From positions 1,984,001 to 2,048,000 of the forward strand of contig CM022672.1 of the NCBI GenBank assembly GCA_012295275.1: a DNA stretch of 64,000 bases, written 5' to 3'. The stretch comes from Chrysomallon squamiferum (Eukaryota; Animalia; Mollusca). The notes under the pieces were generated by a model that was not told where the DNA came from, did not search any database, and saw nothing but the letters and a program-made list of their open reading frames with translations. Shown here one piece after another: positions 52,358-64,000 of this stretch. Numbering within the stretch: position 1 is the first letter of the stretch; each line of letters opens with the position of its first letter. A program made the position numbers and the translations under genes.

Positions 52358-54620
52358 AGAATGAAAAGGAAATGGAAAAAAAGATGAACAAAAGTTTTTT
52401 GGAACTAAGGAAGTCTGCAGAAATTGTATTATAGGAAGCTTTTTTCTTTTTTTATTTAAATTTAAATATCTAAATGCAATTACTTCACTATTATTTCTTT
52501 TTTTTAGTTTTAAAAGAAAAATAATATTAAAGTAATATTCTAACTCCATTTAGATATTTCAAATAAAGAGAAAATATAAAGTAAAAAATATTTAAGGAAA
52601 AGATCTGAACAGTTATTGGAAATTTTGCATTCCATTCTTTTTTTTTTCTTTTTTCTTCTTAATCTTGTTTGGAGAGTAACATTTATTAAGGCAGTTTTAA
52701 ATTTAAGAACTGGAAAAGTATAAATTTATTATTGGTGCTGTTGTTGTTTTTATTATTATTATTACTATTTATGTATATTACTGTTATCATTATCATTTTA
52801 CTATCATTAGTATAATCATTATTATCATTGACAAGAACATTATTATTATTTATATTATATTACTCTTATTCTTAATACTGTTATCATCATCTTTTTACTA
52901 CTGTTATTAGAACCAACAATCATGAGCATCATTATCATCATCATCATCATCATCATCATCATTATTATTTTTTATTATTATTATTATAATTATTATCATT
53001 ATTAATATTATTACTACTATTGTTGTTATTTCTGATATGTTATTGCATTTTCTCTATCTTTACTTTCCTGGACATCTTTAGGACTTACTTAAATGCACAA
53101 TCATGATAACAACCTGCTGGTTACGTCTAACACACTTTCCTCACAAATCAGTTAAGACAATAAAGCATGGCTTCAGAATAATGTCAATAAAAACCTGTTT
53201 CACTACACAACACTCAATTATTTAATTTTCCACTAGAACATTTTCCACCAGAAGAGAAAATCTGCTTTTGGTGTTTGTGAGCTAACTGGAAAGTGAAGGA
53301 GCAGTGATAAAAAAAAAAAAAACAACAGCCTGTCGTTTACTCTACATAAGATTCTGATAGAGGAAACTGACCACATTCTGATTGATGACAGCCATAAAAT
53401 GTTTTTGGAATGGATGCACACTGATTAAATGGATCGCATAAAAAGGGATTGAACATCCTTGACTCCGTGCTTTATCTCTCAGCTTTGTGGAGATCACAAC
53501 CTCTTTAGTGTCAACATTTGGTCTAGTTTCAGTTTCATTTTTGAATATATTTTTATTATTTCTTTTAGCCACTGCAGCATGGTTACTTGTCACTGAGTTT
53601 TGGTTATGATATCTCATAATTTTTTGGTTTTATTATAGAAGAAAGGTTGATGCTAAATCGCATGGTGTGATGTAATTCCGTGATGCTTTTGTAGTAGATG
53701 TTGTCACTGGATGACAGTGTTTCAGTTTTTTTTTTACTTGTCCATGGGACTTATTATATTCCTGATTTAAAGTTTTTCAAACTGTGAAATAAAAATATAA
53801 ATAAATACTATAAACATACATACATAAATAAATAAATAGACAGACAGAGAGAGAGACAGATAGATTGAAAACAGACAGACAGACACAAAGTAAATAATAT
53901 AAAGTAAAATAAATCTTTTTATCATTATCCCATCATGTTATGTATTAACATTTATTTTGGACATCATACGGTGACTTCAGTGTCAGCCTCTGTGCTTTGG
54001 GTATCAATAAAATAAAATAAATTTATATGAAAATTCTTAGCCGTGCAGATTACAGTCTTTCCAGTACCTTCAATATAGCACTGTGTTCACACATTATTTC
54101 AAAAATTTCAGTTGTTTTTGTTTTAGTCTTTTTAGCATCAGGTGAGCAACTTGGGTTAGGGGATTTGACTTATTCAGTGGCATTTTCAGCTGTCAGTGAA
54201 GGTCTGATTAACTGCAAAGATCACCACCTAGTGATCAGTGTTTACAGATGTCATCTGGTTAGCTGCAGGGAAATCTTTAGTAATGATACAGTTCAAAAAC
54301 CCAGGACTCTGGTCAGTATGAATGATGGTGAGAATCAGTGCCTGGTCTTTGTTTCGCTTCTTATTTGTCAGGTGTCATTGCTTGTGAGATGATGAAACAT
54401 TCATGTTTGCATTTTTAGTGGCTAAAAAGTTATCACTGTCACAAAGACAAGTCCTGTTCTCAAACATGTGACACAGTAGTGGAGTCTGAAAATACTTTTT
54501 TCCCCAGATGAGCACACTTTTATAATGCTGACCATGTTGAATCAAACGTGATGTCTTTAACAAAAATAGATGAATAGATCTCACATCTTCTGGCATCTCC
54601 ACACATTTTATTATTACCGC
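49195..54620 (-). pseudogene. Probable decayed multi-exon gene of unknown family (islands ~49200-49700, 50080-50700, 51855-52310, 53300-53780, 53990-54620)
   Basis: High-complexity, less AT-rich blocks separated by microsatellite-laden intron-like DNA. Protein-like minus-strand frames are interrupted by stops and frameshifts (e.g. 50465-50253: 71 codons, one TGA). Donor AAG|GTTAAT at 51854. No family recognised. Confidence 0.4.
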
Positions 54621-55142
54621 TATAATATGAATCGTGCTTTTTTTATGGGTTTTTTATTTCATTTTCATTGGTGTTTTTTAATTTTTATTTTTTTATGACA
54701 ATCTATGCAATAATTCTATATAATTCTTGTGCTGCTTTTATCAATTAACAGCAAGTCATTCTTAATGCATAATTTCTCAAACACAGGAAAGCTCATATAA
54801 TACACCTGTCATGGGATACTGGCAGAACAGGAAATAGGCTGTCATATATCTGATAATACCCCAGGCTGGTCTGGAGCTCTGAGCTTCTTCTTTTTCTTAC
54901 AGTATAAGATTTATTTATTTACACAGATATCCCTAAACACTTATATATAGCTATACACAGACATACATACATATACACACAGACATACATACATATACAC
55001 ACACATATATACACACACACACACATCCATATACACACTTATATAAACACACTTACAACACTAAAACTATCACTTGTAGCAATGAAGTGTAAAATGGACT
55101 AACCAGCTCACCAACTGAATGTTATATGTGCATTTTATAAAC

Positions 55143-55173
<31 letters not shown>

Positions 55174-56778
55174 GATAGATAGATAGACAGACAGACAGAT
55201 AGTTCGATAGATAGATAGATAAATAAACATGAACTGGTAATTGGAGAAATATATAGATATAGATAGACAGAATGTTTGATTGATAGATAGATAGATGGAT
55301 GAATAAATAAATAAATAACAAATAAATAAATATTTATGGACAAAGGGTTGGTAAAGATCAATTTAATTTTTAACTGTATATAAAATTTCTGAATGAAATT
55401 ACAACAGCTACACTGAGACTACAAACACAACACAAACACACAGTGACAGAACTGTAAATATGTTATTCACAATAAAAACACCAGTATAAAGGCAGATGTG
55501 CATACAAATCAACAAACACTGCAATATGTTGAATCACAGGTTCTGAACACTTGTGTAAATCACTCTCACACATCTTGAAATGTGATTCTGGGCTTCACAA
55601 TGATTTAATTTGATTCATACACTTCATTACTAAAAATACACCTCTCACACCCATCCTATTCTACAGTTTCACCAAGTAACAGGTATTGTCTGTGACGGAA
55701 ATTTTCCTTTTGATGTTTGGATTATTCAGTCTTAATTTGGCACATTAGACCGACTGGGCATTTCAACACACTTCACTGTGGTGATTGGGTGTTAGAAAGA
55801 GAATGGGAAGAAAAATACTGCTCGATTCAGTAGATCTGATGTTGCAAACAATTTGCACTAATCTCCAGACTGTTTGTGCCAGCTATGTCTGCTTGCTGCT
55901 TCCTAGACTGTTTTTGTTCCATCAAAAGAACATTTATTTTATTACAAAAAAGAAAAGAATAGAGAGAAAAAGAAAAAGTTTTCTTTTCTTGATATTATTT
56001 CAGCTACAGGTAGGCTGAAATAATTTTGTCCAGTAAAACTCTCTGATTAAATCAGAAGAGAGCATGACAGGCATGTTGAAAAGGTCTGTAACAGAAAGAA
56101 GCTAAACTTTACCTTCACTGACTTAGAGAGATAATAACTTTTGAATTGAAATTTTAATTTACTTATAGTATTTTATGATAAGCTACAGGACAGGACAAAT
56201 GGAGTATGATACAGATTAATGTACAGAATAAGCTGACAGGATCAATCTTTGTCAGTGTTTTCTTTAATCTATTTACCATTCCAACCACTTATTAGTGGTC
56301 CTGAATATTGTATTCTTACCTTGCTACATATACACACCATTCACTTTCTTTTTCCATCCATCCACCCACCTTTCCATCTGTCCAGACATCCATCTCATTA
56401 TCTGTTTCTGTTTCTGTCACCTATTACCATCTTCATCTGTCTACTCCTGTGTGTGTATGCTTTCTCTTTTTACATTTGGTTTACATCATGAAATTTCAGA
56501 CATCTAGATCAAATGCCTGGCTTCAGAGGAAATCAAACGAAAAAAGTAAGAAATGATCTTGTCTTTCTTCTTCCTAATAGTTTTGCTGAAACATTTGAGA
56601 TAGAGATGTAAGTAATGACTCTGCTGATACAATACATTTATTTCATTTAATCTTGTGACATCAGCTGTCAAGATAAATACGTTTTTCTACTTGTGTTGTT
56701 TAATAGTACACTGATCATAAAGGCTGCTATGAGGATTATAGTACATGTGAGTGAGTAAAGTTTTAGCTAGTTAATGAA

Positions 56779-56828
<50 letters not shown>

Positions 56829-57092
56829 ACAGAGACTCAGATGCTCACACATATGTACGGGCATACATACAGTCTAGTCTTTTTCTCTCTATCTTACACA
56901 TTTCTTTGACTGTGTTTTTAGGACACATGTACTTTGAAAGCAGTCAGATTTGATAAGCATTTAATAAACAATATAAAAAAAAATAATCTAAATAAACTGA
57001 GGTGTTTATTTTAAAAATTTATCAAAAACATTTTTTAAAAACATTTTTATTTTATTTATGTCATTAACATATTGACAAATTTGAAAATAATT

Positions 57093-57141
<49 letters not shown>

Positions 57142-57559
57142 AAGAAACTTCATCTATCGCACGTAATCTGAACTTAATTAGTTAGGAAGATTCTGTCATA
57201 ACAAGGCTAAAATGGGCTTTCTTTTTATAGGATAAATATTATAATGAAACAAAAATGGGTTGCTCACTGCTTCCATTGCTGGTATCAATTTAGCCACACT
57301 AATGATAGATCCTATGGGAGATTCATCAGCTTCTCAGATGTTCTTCTGCATATTTCTATTGCATTAAGCCTTAACAAATGTTGTTTTTTTTCTTCTTTTT
57401 TTTGTGCTTTTTTCTTCTTCTTGTCACGTTCATTGGTGTCGGACTGTTGGCCCTTGTTATACAAAAACGTGTGCCCCTCATCCATCCAAGCTTCCATTTC
57501 ACCACTGTGACAGTTTCATTACCATACAAAATCCTGACAGTGTTATCGGAAGCACAATC

Positions 57560-57891
57560 AATGCTAGTCTATGAGATATATTCATTCCTGCTCACTTGCA
57601 ATCAATCAGACTTCCTTCACGTCATGTCGCGCATCTCTGCGAGACTGTGGCTTCGGCTAAAGTCATCAGCAATCACGAGTTCAATTGATGACAGCGAGGT
57701 CCACGTAAATTAACCACCCAAGAGGTATGGTGTTTGTATCAGTGTCTGTCTCTGCATGATCTCAATGTGTCGTAGTGGTCGTTGATGTGACATCAGTCAT
57801 TGTGTGATTATGAACACCTCTGTGTAAATGGTTGCCACCATTATGTGATCATTTCTGTGTCATTTGCGAAGACGTCTTACAAACTTTTGAA
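57560..57891 (+). promoter_or_regulatory. Candidate promoter and non-coding first exon of an unidentified plus-strand transcript
   Basis: Local CpG-rich island (CACGTCA, TCGCGC, TGCGAGA, CCACGT) ending at a consensus donor AA|GTAAGT at 57892, with an abrupt switch to AT-rich intron-like DNA. Confidence 0.4.
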
Positions 57892-58683
57892 GTAAGTATG
57901 AAAATGTATTAGCCATACTATATGCAACTTGAACAGTTCTTCTTAATAGATTATAATGTATTTATATTTCACAATGCTTTAAGAAATATCAACGTGTAGT
58001 AACAGTACATAGGATTTATATAGAAATCTGTCATGTATCCAATAGCTGTAAGTGCCAGTATTCATTATTAATACTAATATATCTTTATATTTTGAAATTT
58101 ATGTTACAGTTTATTAATTTTTAAAAAGCATTAAGTATTGGCGTATACTGAAAGTATAACATGAGAGTACAGCATTTTCTTATTTTTTTCTGCATTTTTC
58201 AAGTAAGCATAATATGTATTGACAGCTACATAAGAGTTCGAAGTTTATATGATACTTTGTTGTTTTTCTAAATGTTTTAAAAACCACGAGTATGTTTTAG
58301 CAGTGTAAATAAAATAGTTTTTAAGTTTATACGACATTTTGCAATCTTTCAAAATGCATTAGTATTACGTATCACAACTTGAATAAGCTTTTTTCAAAAT
58401 AACACACTCATACACACTCATACACACACACACCTTCAACACACATAATTATGTATATGGGCACTTTGTGTGTACACACATTTGTGTGAATACTTAAAAT
58501 CCATTAATTTTCCTAGTTTCAAATCATAGCCAGTTTATTTTTCAGTAAGCATGAATACAAGCATACTTTAATAAATAGTTTATCACAAAATAACTACAAT
58601 TTACATATTTGCTTTCACTAATTTTGTCATAAAATTTTCACCTTTTTTACAATCAAGTTTTAATGAAATGTATTTTTTCTGTA

Positions 58684-58715
<32 letters not shown>

Positions 58716-59683
58716 GATTAGTTTCATTAAGAAATATTTCATGTTCAATAAATTATTGCTCTATAGAATTTGCTTTTTCAAATACATTTAATGATTTATA
58801 TACAATATACAAATAATTTCCTTTCAATAGTTCATAGCTCTAATGTTTCCACTAATCTTTATTTCAAACATATTTTAATGACATCAGATAAAGGCTGCAT
58901 GCTCCCATCCCAAAAAAGAAAGAGACAAAGTATAAAACTTCCCTTTATCATAATAGTCACATAATCTCATTATTTTAATAAGACTTGAACAAAGTGGATT
59001 TTGCAATAAAAATAATAATCGTAAGAAGCGTCTCTTTTCTTTGCAATATTCCAATTATTTTGGTGCCATGAACATTGTGTGAGATTATTTTGATTTTGTT
59101 AAACTGTACCATTCGGTTTGTTAAATTGTATCATCTTGATTGCTAAATTATGGAGGACTGATGTTCTGAAAATCATTTTGATCAAATTTCTCAGAATTGG
59201 TATGCAGACCCATAACACTTCAGATTATTATATGATTTGCAGTAATCCAATTCTGTCTGTTTCTTTGTTTGCTCAGTGAATAAAAGATGACATTTTATAA
59301 AATTAACCAGTGCCTATTTTGTGCAAAGTTCTCTTACGTAGTGAATCAAAAATGTTTTTCTTCTATAGTAGATAGTTTGTCTGGTATTTATTCAATACGG
59401 TTCATTAAAGAAAGGCCGAAAATAATTAATGTATTTTTGAATGCATTATAATAATGGGAAATTAAAAAATTACTTCTATTATTACAAAATTTCAGTGAAA
59501 GTATTTATGTAGTAATTAATTTATGCTCAATTTTTGTTTCCTATGTATTTCTGAAATGAAGAAATTAAAGAAATAATATTTCATTTTCTTTATCTTTTTG
59601 TGTGTGTATATATTTATATATATGTACATTATTATGTGTGTCTGTATGCATACATATGTATCTATATAATGTAAATATGTATA

Positions 59684-59719
<36 letters not shown>

Positions 59720-59829
59720 TGTATGAGACTGAATATTAAGAAAATATAATTGACCTGTATATAGTTTTCTCACACCGACAAGAAAATGGTTAGATATAGT
59801 CTTTATTCATTAGTTCAAACATAATTTTA

Positions 59830-60180
59830 AAAAACCCAAGACAACAGTTTTCCTCATACAAATGATATGCAATGAAAATGTAATCATTGTTTTTCATAGT
59901 CTCATTTGAACTTAATAATAAAAAAAAACCCATACTAGTCTGCAGTTTTCCTCACATAAAGCCATATTCAATGAGGATGTTCTAATTGGTCCTGATAGGT
60001 TCATCTGAACTTAATGACAAAAACAATAGACTACTGTTTTCCCCATACAAACCATATGCAGTCAAAATGTAATCACTGCTCTTCATAGCTTCATCAGAAC
60101 TTGATAAAAAAAAAAACCACAAAAAAACATACAGTTTTCCCTCCCCGTATACAAAACCACATGCAGCTAAATCATAGTCA
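59830..60180. repeat. Degenerate tandem repeat (~95-100 bp units, about 4 copies)
   Basis: CAGTTTTCC.CATACAAA.CATATGCA...AAAATGTAATCA...CATAG..TCAT.TGAACTTAAT recurring at ~59845, 59943, 60035, 60132. Confidence 0.75.
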
Positions 60181-60939
60181 TTGTAAGCAAGCAGTGCTGT
60201 TGTAAGATCAGTGAGATTTATCTGTTAAATGAGTATTGATATCCACAAATTTACTTTCCATTCTTTCACTGCCAGATTGCGTTTTCTGCCCTGGCTGTGG
60301 TGAGGAAAGGTTAAGATGTCCCACAGGACTTCTGTTCATTTCAGAGCTAAACATCTGTCAGACACTCCAACTTCAGATTCTGGCTTCAGCGTTTGAAAAG
60401 ACCTTGTTGTTTCTGAGCAAAATTGCTTATTATCTCAAAGAATTGAAAACTGTCAATTTTGTTTATGATTTTCGCTTGGGCAGAAGACGACTGAACATCT
60501 CTGTCATGTACTGCACATTATAATTATTTTTCAAATCACGTATGACACAGCCTGTACCGAAGTCACTGGAAGCTGTCTCATTACTTGATTTTTTTTTGTT
60601 TTACTTTTTGTTACAGCTGCATCTTGATTTTTTTTTTTTTTTTTGGTTCTTTTTAGTATTCTTCTTGGGTTGTTTTATTTTTAACTTTTAATTTTATTTT
60701 GGGTTTCTTTTCTTTTACAGTTTATATAATTAAAAAAAAAAAAAAAAAGAAACAACAAAAAGAACACACCCCTGCACCTTTAATATATTAGATTTCAGCA
60801 TTAATGTTGGATTTTACAATCTTTTCCAATAAGATTTTTGAAAAAAAATGAATGTTGAATGCATAATGACAGAAAAATCAATCTTAATATTAAGGGTATT
60901 TATAAATATATATTAATTTTTTTAACAAATATTAACATA

Positions 60940-61160
60940 TTTATGCAAAAATAGAATCAGATAAATGTATCAATGCTAGAGTTAAGGATATGTATAATAT
61001 ATATTTGTTTCACAAAAAATAGAATCAAATAAATGAATTATTTCTGGAATTAAGGATATAAATAAATATGTATTTGTTTTACAATTCTTTAACCTATTTT
61101 TTACAAAAATGGGATCAAATAAGTGAATCAGTGCTAGAATTAATGGTATATATCAATATA
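60940..61160. repeat. Degenerate tandem repeat (3 copies) next to the MITE
   Basis: CAAAAATAGAATCA.ATAAATG.AT...TGCTAGA.TTAAGGATAT repeated; a further partial copy follows the MITE at ~61499. Confidence 0.7.
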
Positions 61161-61189
61161 TGTACATCACTTTAGCTTCTTTTTAAGTA

Positions 61190-61498
61190 CAGGTTGAGAA
61201 TCCATTATCTGAAATGCTTGGGACCAGAAGTGTTTCAGATTTTGGAATATAAAGGGATAACATGAGAATAGAATCTATGTCTAAACCTGAATTCCATTAA
61301 TTTTTTTGTATGCAGCTTATTCAGATAGTCCCCAGGATCTTTTAAACAATATTTTTAATAATATTGTCAATAAAATATGGTTTGTACATGCAAAAAAAGT
61401 CTGAAAACTGTAAGATATTATTTCAGCTATTCTGAAAATGTTTTGGATTTCAGAGCTTTTTCAGATTTCTGAATTTCGGATAGGGGATCCTCAACCTG
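61190..61498. mobile_element. Non-autonomous Tc1/mariner-pogo (Tigger-type) MITE, 309 bp, resembling Tigger4/Zombi
   Basis: TA duplications at 61188-61189 and 61499-61500; 26-bp TIRs CAGGTTGAGAATCCATTATCTGAAAT / CAGGTTGAGGATCCCCTATCCGAAAT (22/26); subterminal TTTC(A/G)GA-type repeats. Confidence 0.88.
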
Positions 61499-64000
61499 TA
61501 GAATCAAATAAATAATACACATATTTTGTGAATTTTTATTGGATTAAAATTTAATGAATGGTCAATATTTGTTTTTATATAAAAAAAAAGAATTTGCATC
61601 ATCTAGTTTGTAACAAGGTCAAACAAAAGGTAGAATGGTTAGTTTTTGATGTTACTTTTTAGATACTGAGTCATTCTGAAAACAGAGAAAATACAGCATA
61701 ATTATAAACAATTAAATGAATGGTGACCATTTTAATACTGACTGACAACATTCCATGGTCTACCCTTACCAGATAGTAGCAAGAGATGTTTTATATTACA
61801 CCTTCCCAGAGATAGGAAGAATACATACCATAGTTCTTTAATAAACTAGTCAGGAGAAATAGTCAAATACTTGTTTGTTGAGAGGACTGACCTAGTTAGA
61901 TACATCAGAAAAATGGTTGTGAATTACTGCCATTAAAAAAATAAAAAGTAAAATTAGTGAAATATAATTATAATCTGCATACACATACTTTTAAAAGGAT
62001 TTTGAAGGGAAAAAAAGTATAAAAACTTAAGCTTCATCCAAACTGTTGAAGATTCAATAACCCACTTGCTGGAAGTGAATTCTACAACTAAGAGGAAACA
62101 AAATCACATTCAGTGGCTTATCTCAAATTTAACTGTAAGTATATTGATTCCATGGCATCTATGAAAAAAGAAACAATTTTTTTATTTTATTGTAACAGGT
62201 TGTGGCTCAGAATTTGAAATGAAAAAGTTGTTGTCCCTTGATGTCCAAATCACAGAATACTACTTGGAATACGTAAAAAGCCAATAATATTATCTCCTGT
62301 GAGGAGAGTTGAAATCATGGTCCTTTGTATTTCAGACACATATTCAGTAGAATGAACATTTTGTTTTGTGACATCACAGTATGATTTAATAATAATGGTA
62401 TCTTTAAAAAAACATACACGTTTGATGTCGTTGTATTTGTCTGATCTGATAAAACACTAACATTACTAAGGGCTTTTCTTATTGTTTAGCAGAAATTGAT
62501 CTTTCATGACTATTTTTGCATTTTCCAACTAACAAAAATACACACTTTGACACAACAACAATACTGAGACACTGGAACATGGAATTCAAATTTCAAAGAA
62601 TGCTTTTGACTTTGGAACATATAAAATTATATATGGAAGCTGTCAATTATTTTTCCAAATAACATGAAAACACATACCATAGACTGTAACCCAACAAAAA
62701 TAACAAGTTATGTGGACAAATATTTCAAAATATGTTTAAAAAAGGATTGATATTGGAACATATAATATTATGCATGGATGGTCTCAACTATTTTTCCAAA
62801 TTAATGCCCACCACAGCCTTTAACCCAGTGACAATAACGAGACAGTGAAACAGTGCTCTGGAAATAATTGATCTAGCAAAGTGTCAAACTTTCAGCTGTA
62901 ATTTCCTGCTAACATGGGAACACATACCACTGCCTTTGGCCCAACAGTAATCAATGTGCTTTGTCTGCAATAGACAGAAATTGTTAAAAGTGATTTGAGT
63001 AGAATTGATCCTGCAGTCTATTGAGCTCTGTGTTTTAAAAAAAAATAAAAAAACATCTCCAGCATCTGCAACCTACTCCTTCATCATTGACTGACAGCCA
63101 GCTCTCAGGAGAGTAAATATGTTTAATGTTTAAATAAACGGATAGTAATAAGACTCTTTCTCTGACAGTAACAAGGGATCCTTGTCCAATGGAAGAAGAA
63201 GAACAACAAAAAAAACCCTGCTTTAAACCAGACTTTCAATAGCATCTGAATAGTATTGTGTAAAAGTGTAAAAAATAAAAAATAAAAAAAAAATAAGAGT
63301 AAAAAGTGTTTCAAAATTGGTGAGAGGGCAAAAAAAAAGAAAGAAGGAATCTATAATTAGAGATTGCTAAAACCTTATAACTGTCACTTGCTATATGTTT
63401 TTGTAGCCAAAGAGAAGTAATGTTATTATTATTATTATTTTCATAATCAAGATCATCTCACAATATCAGAGAAGTAATGGTAATATTATGAGATGATTTC
63501 GATTATGAAAATAATAATAATAATAATAACATGGCTGCTTATTTCTACTGAAGACTGTAGGAAAGATTTATTTTCAGCCCCAGAGATGAATTAATCCAGT
63601 TATGTGAGTGGACTGTAGTTCAGGGACAAAGCACTTGCTCAGGTCATGGTATCATCTCTCTTCAGTGCACCCAGTGGGCTGTTTACCAGCTTGGTTAACA
63701 ACAGTTTACTGAAGACCTTTTCTTACAAGAGAAGGAAGAAATTATTTATTTAATTTTAATTTATAACCACACACACACCTCCAAACATATAACAGAATCA
63801 ATACACACACACACACACACCTCCAAACATATACCAAAATCAATACACACACACAGACTCAACAGAAACACACACAGACATACACACATACACATGTATA
63901 CACCCAGACACAGAAACACATACACATGTTCACACAGACATACTCACATCTCCACATACACTCCTCACACATACAGACACAAATATGAAGTATTGTCTTT

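Noticed and set aside
54027-54392. 121-aa plus-strand ORF as an independent gene
   Set aside because: No recognisable domain or splice context; more likely the antisense shadow of a decayed minus-strand exon.

Overview
AT-rich, microsatellite-dense animal genomic DNA, not prokaryotic. It is probably an invertebrate; a MetaSINE-like fragment and gene-body CpG depletion suggest a mollusc, but that is inference. Two spliced genes can be reconstructed by hand. ARMH3/C10orf76 is on the minus strand (26 coding exons, 34779->16798, 690 aa, all phases compatible, GT-AG introns). LRP2BP (SEL1-like repeats) is on the plus strand (7 coding exons, 36931->45612, 347 aa once a single extra base at ~37049-37052 is removed). 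They sit head-to-head around a ~300-bp CpG-retaining promoter with ETS motifs on the ARMH3 side and an RFX X-box plus forkhead motifs on the LRP2BP side. Both flanks (~3-15 kb and ~49-54.6 kb) hold exon-like islands on the minus strand with broken reading frames, which look like decayed unidentified gene(s) and may share a motif. Other features: a 53-bp palindromic minisatellite, a TA-flanked MITE resembling mammalian Tigger4/Zombi, a 36-bp copy of an ARMH3 splice donor that creates an in-frame alternative donor, a candidate orphan first exon near 57.6-57.9 kb, and many degenerate tandem repeats. Most ORFs in the supplied track are microsatellite or intron artefacts. Similarities to known proteins and elements are from memory; no searches were run.
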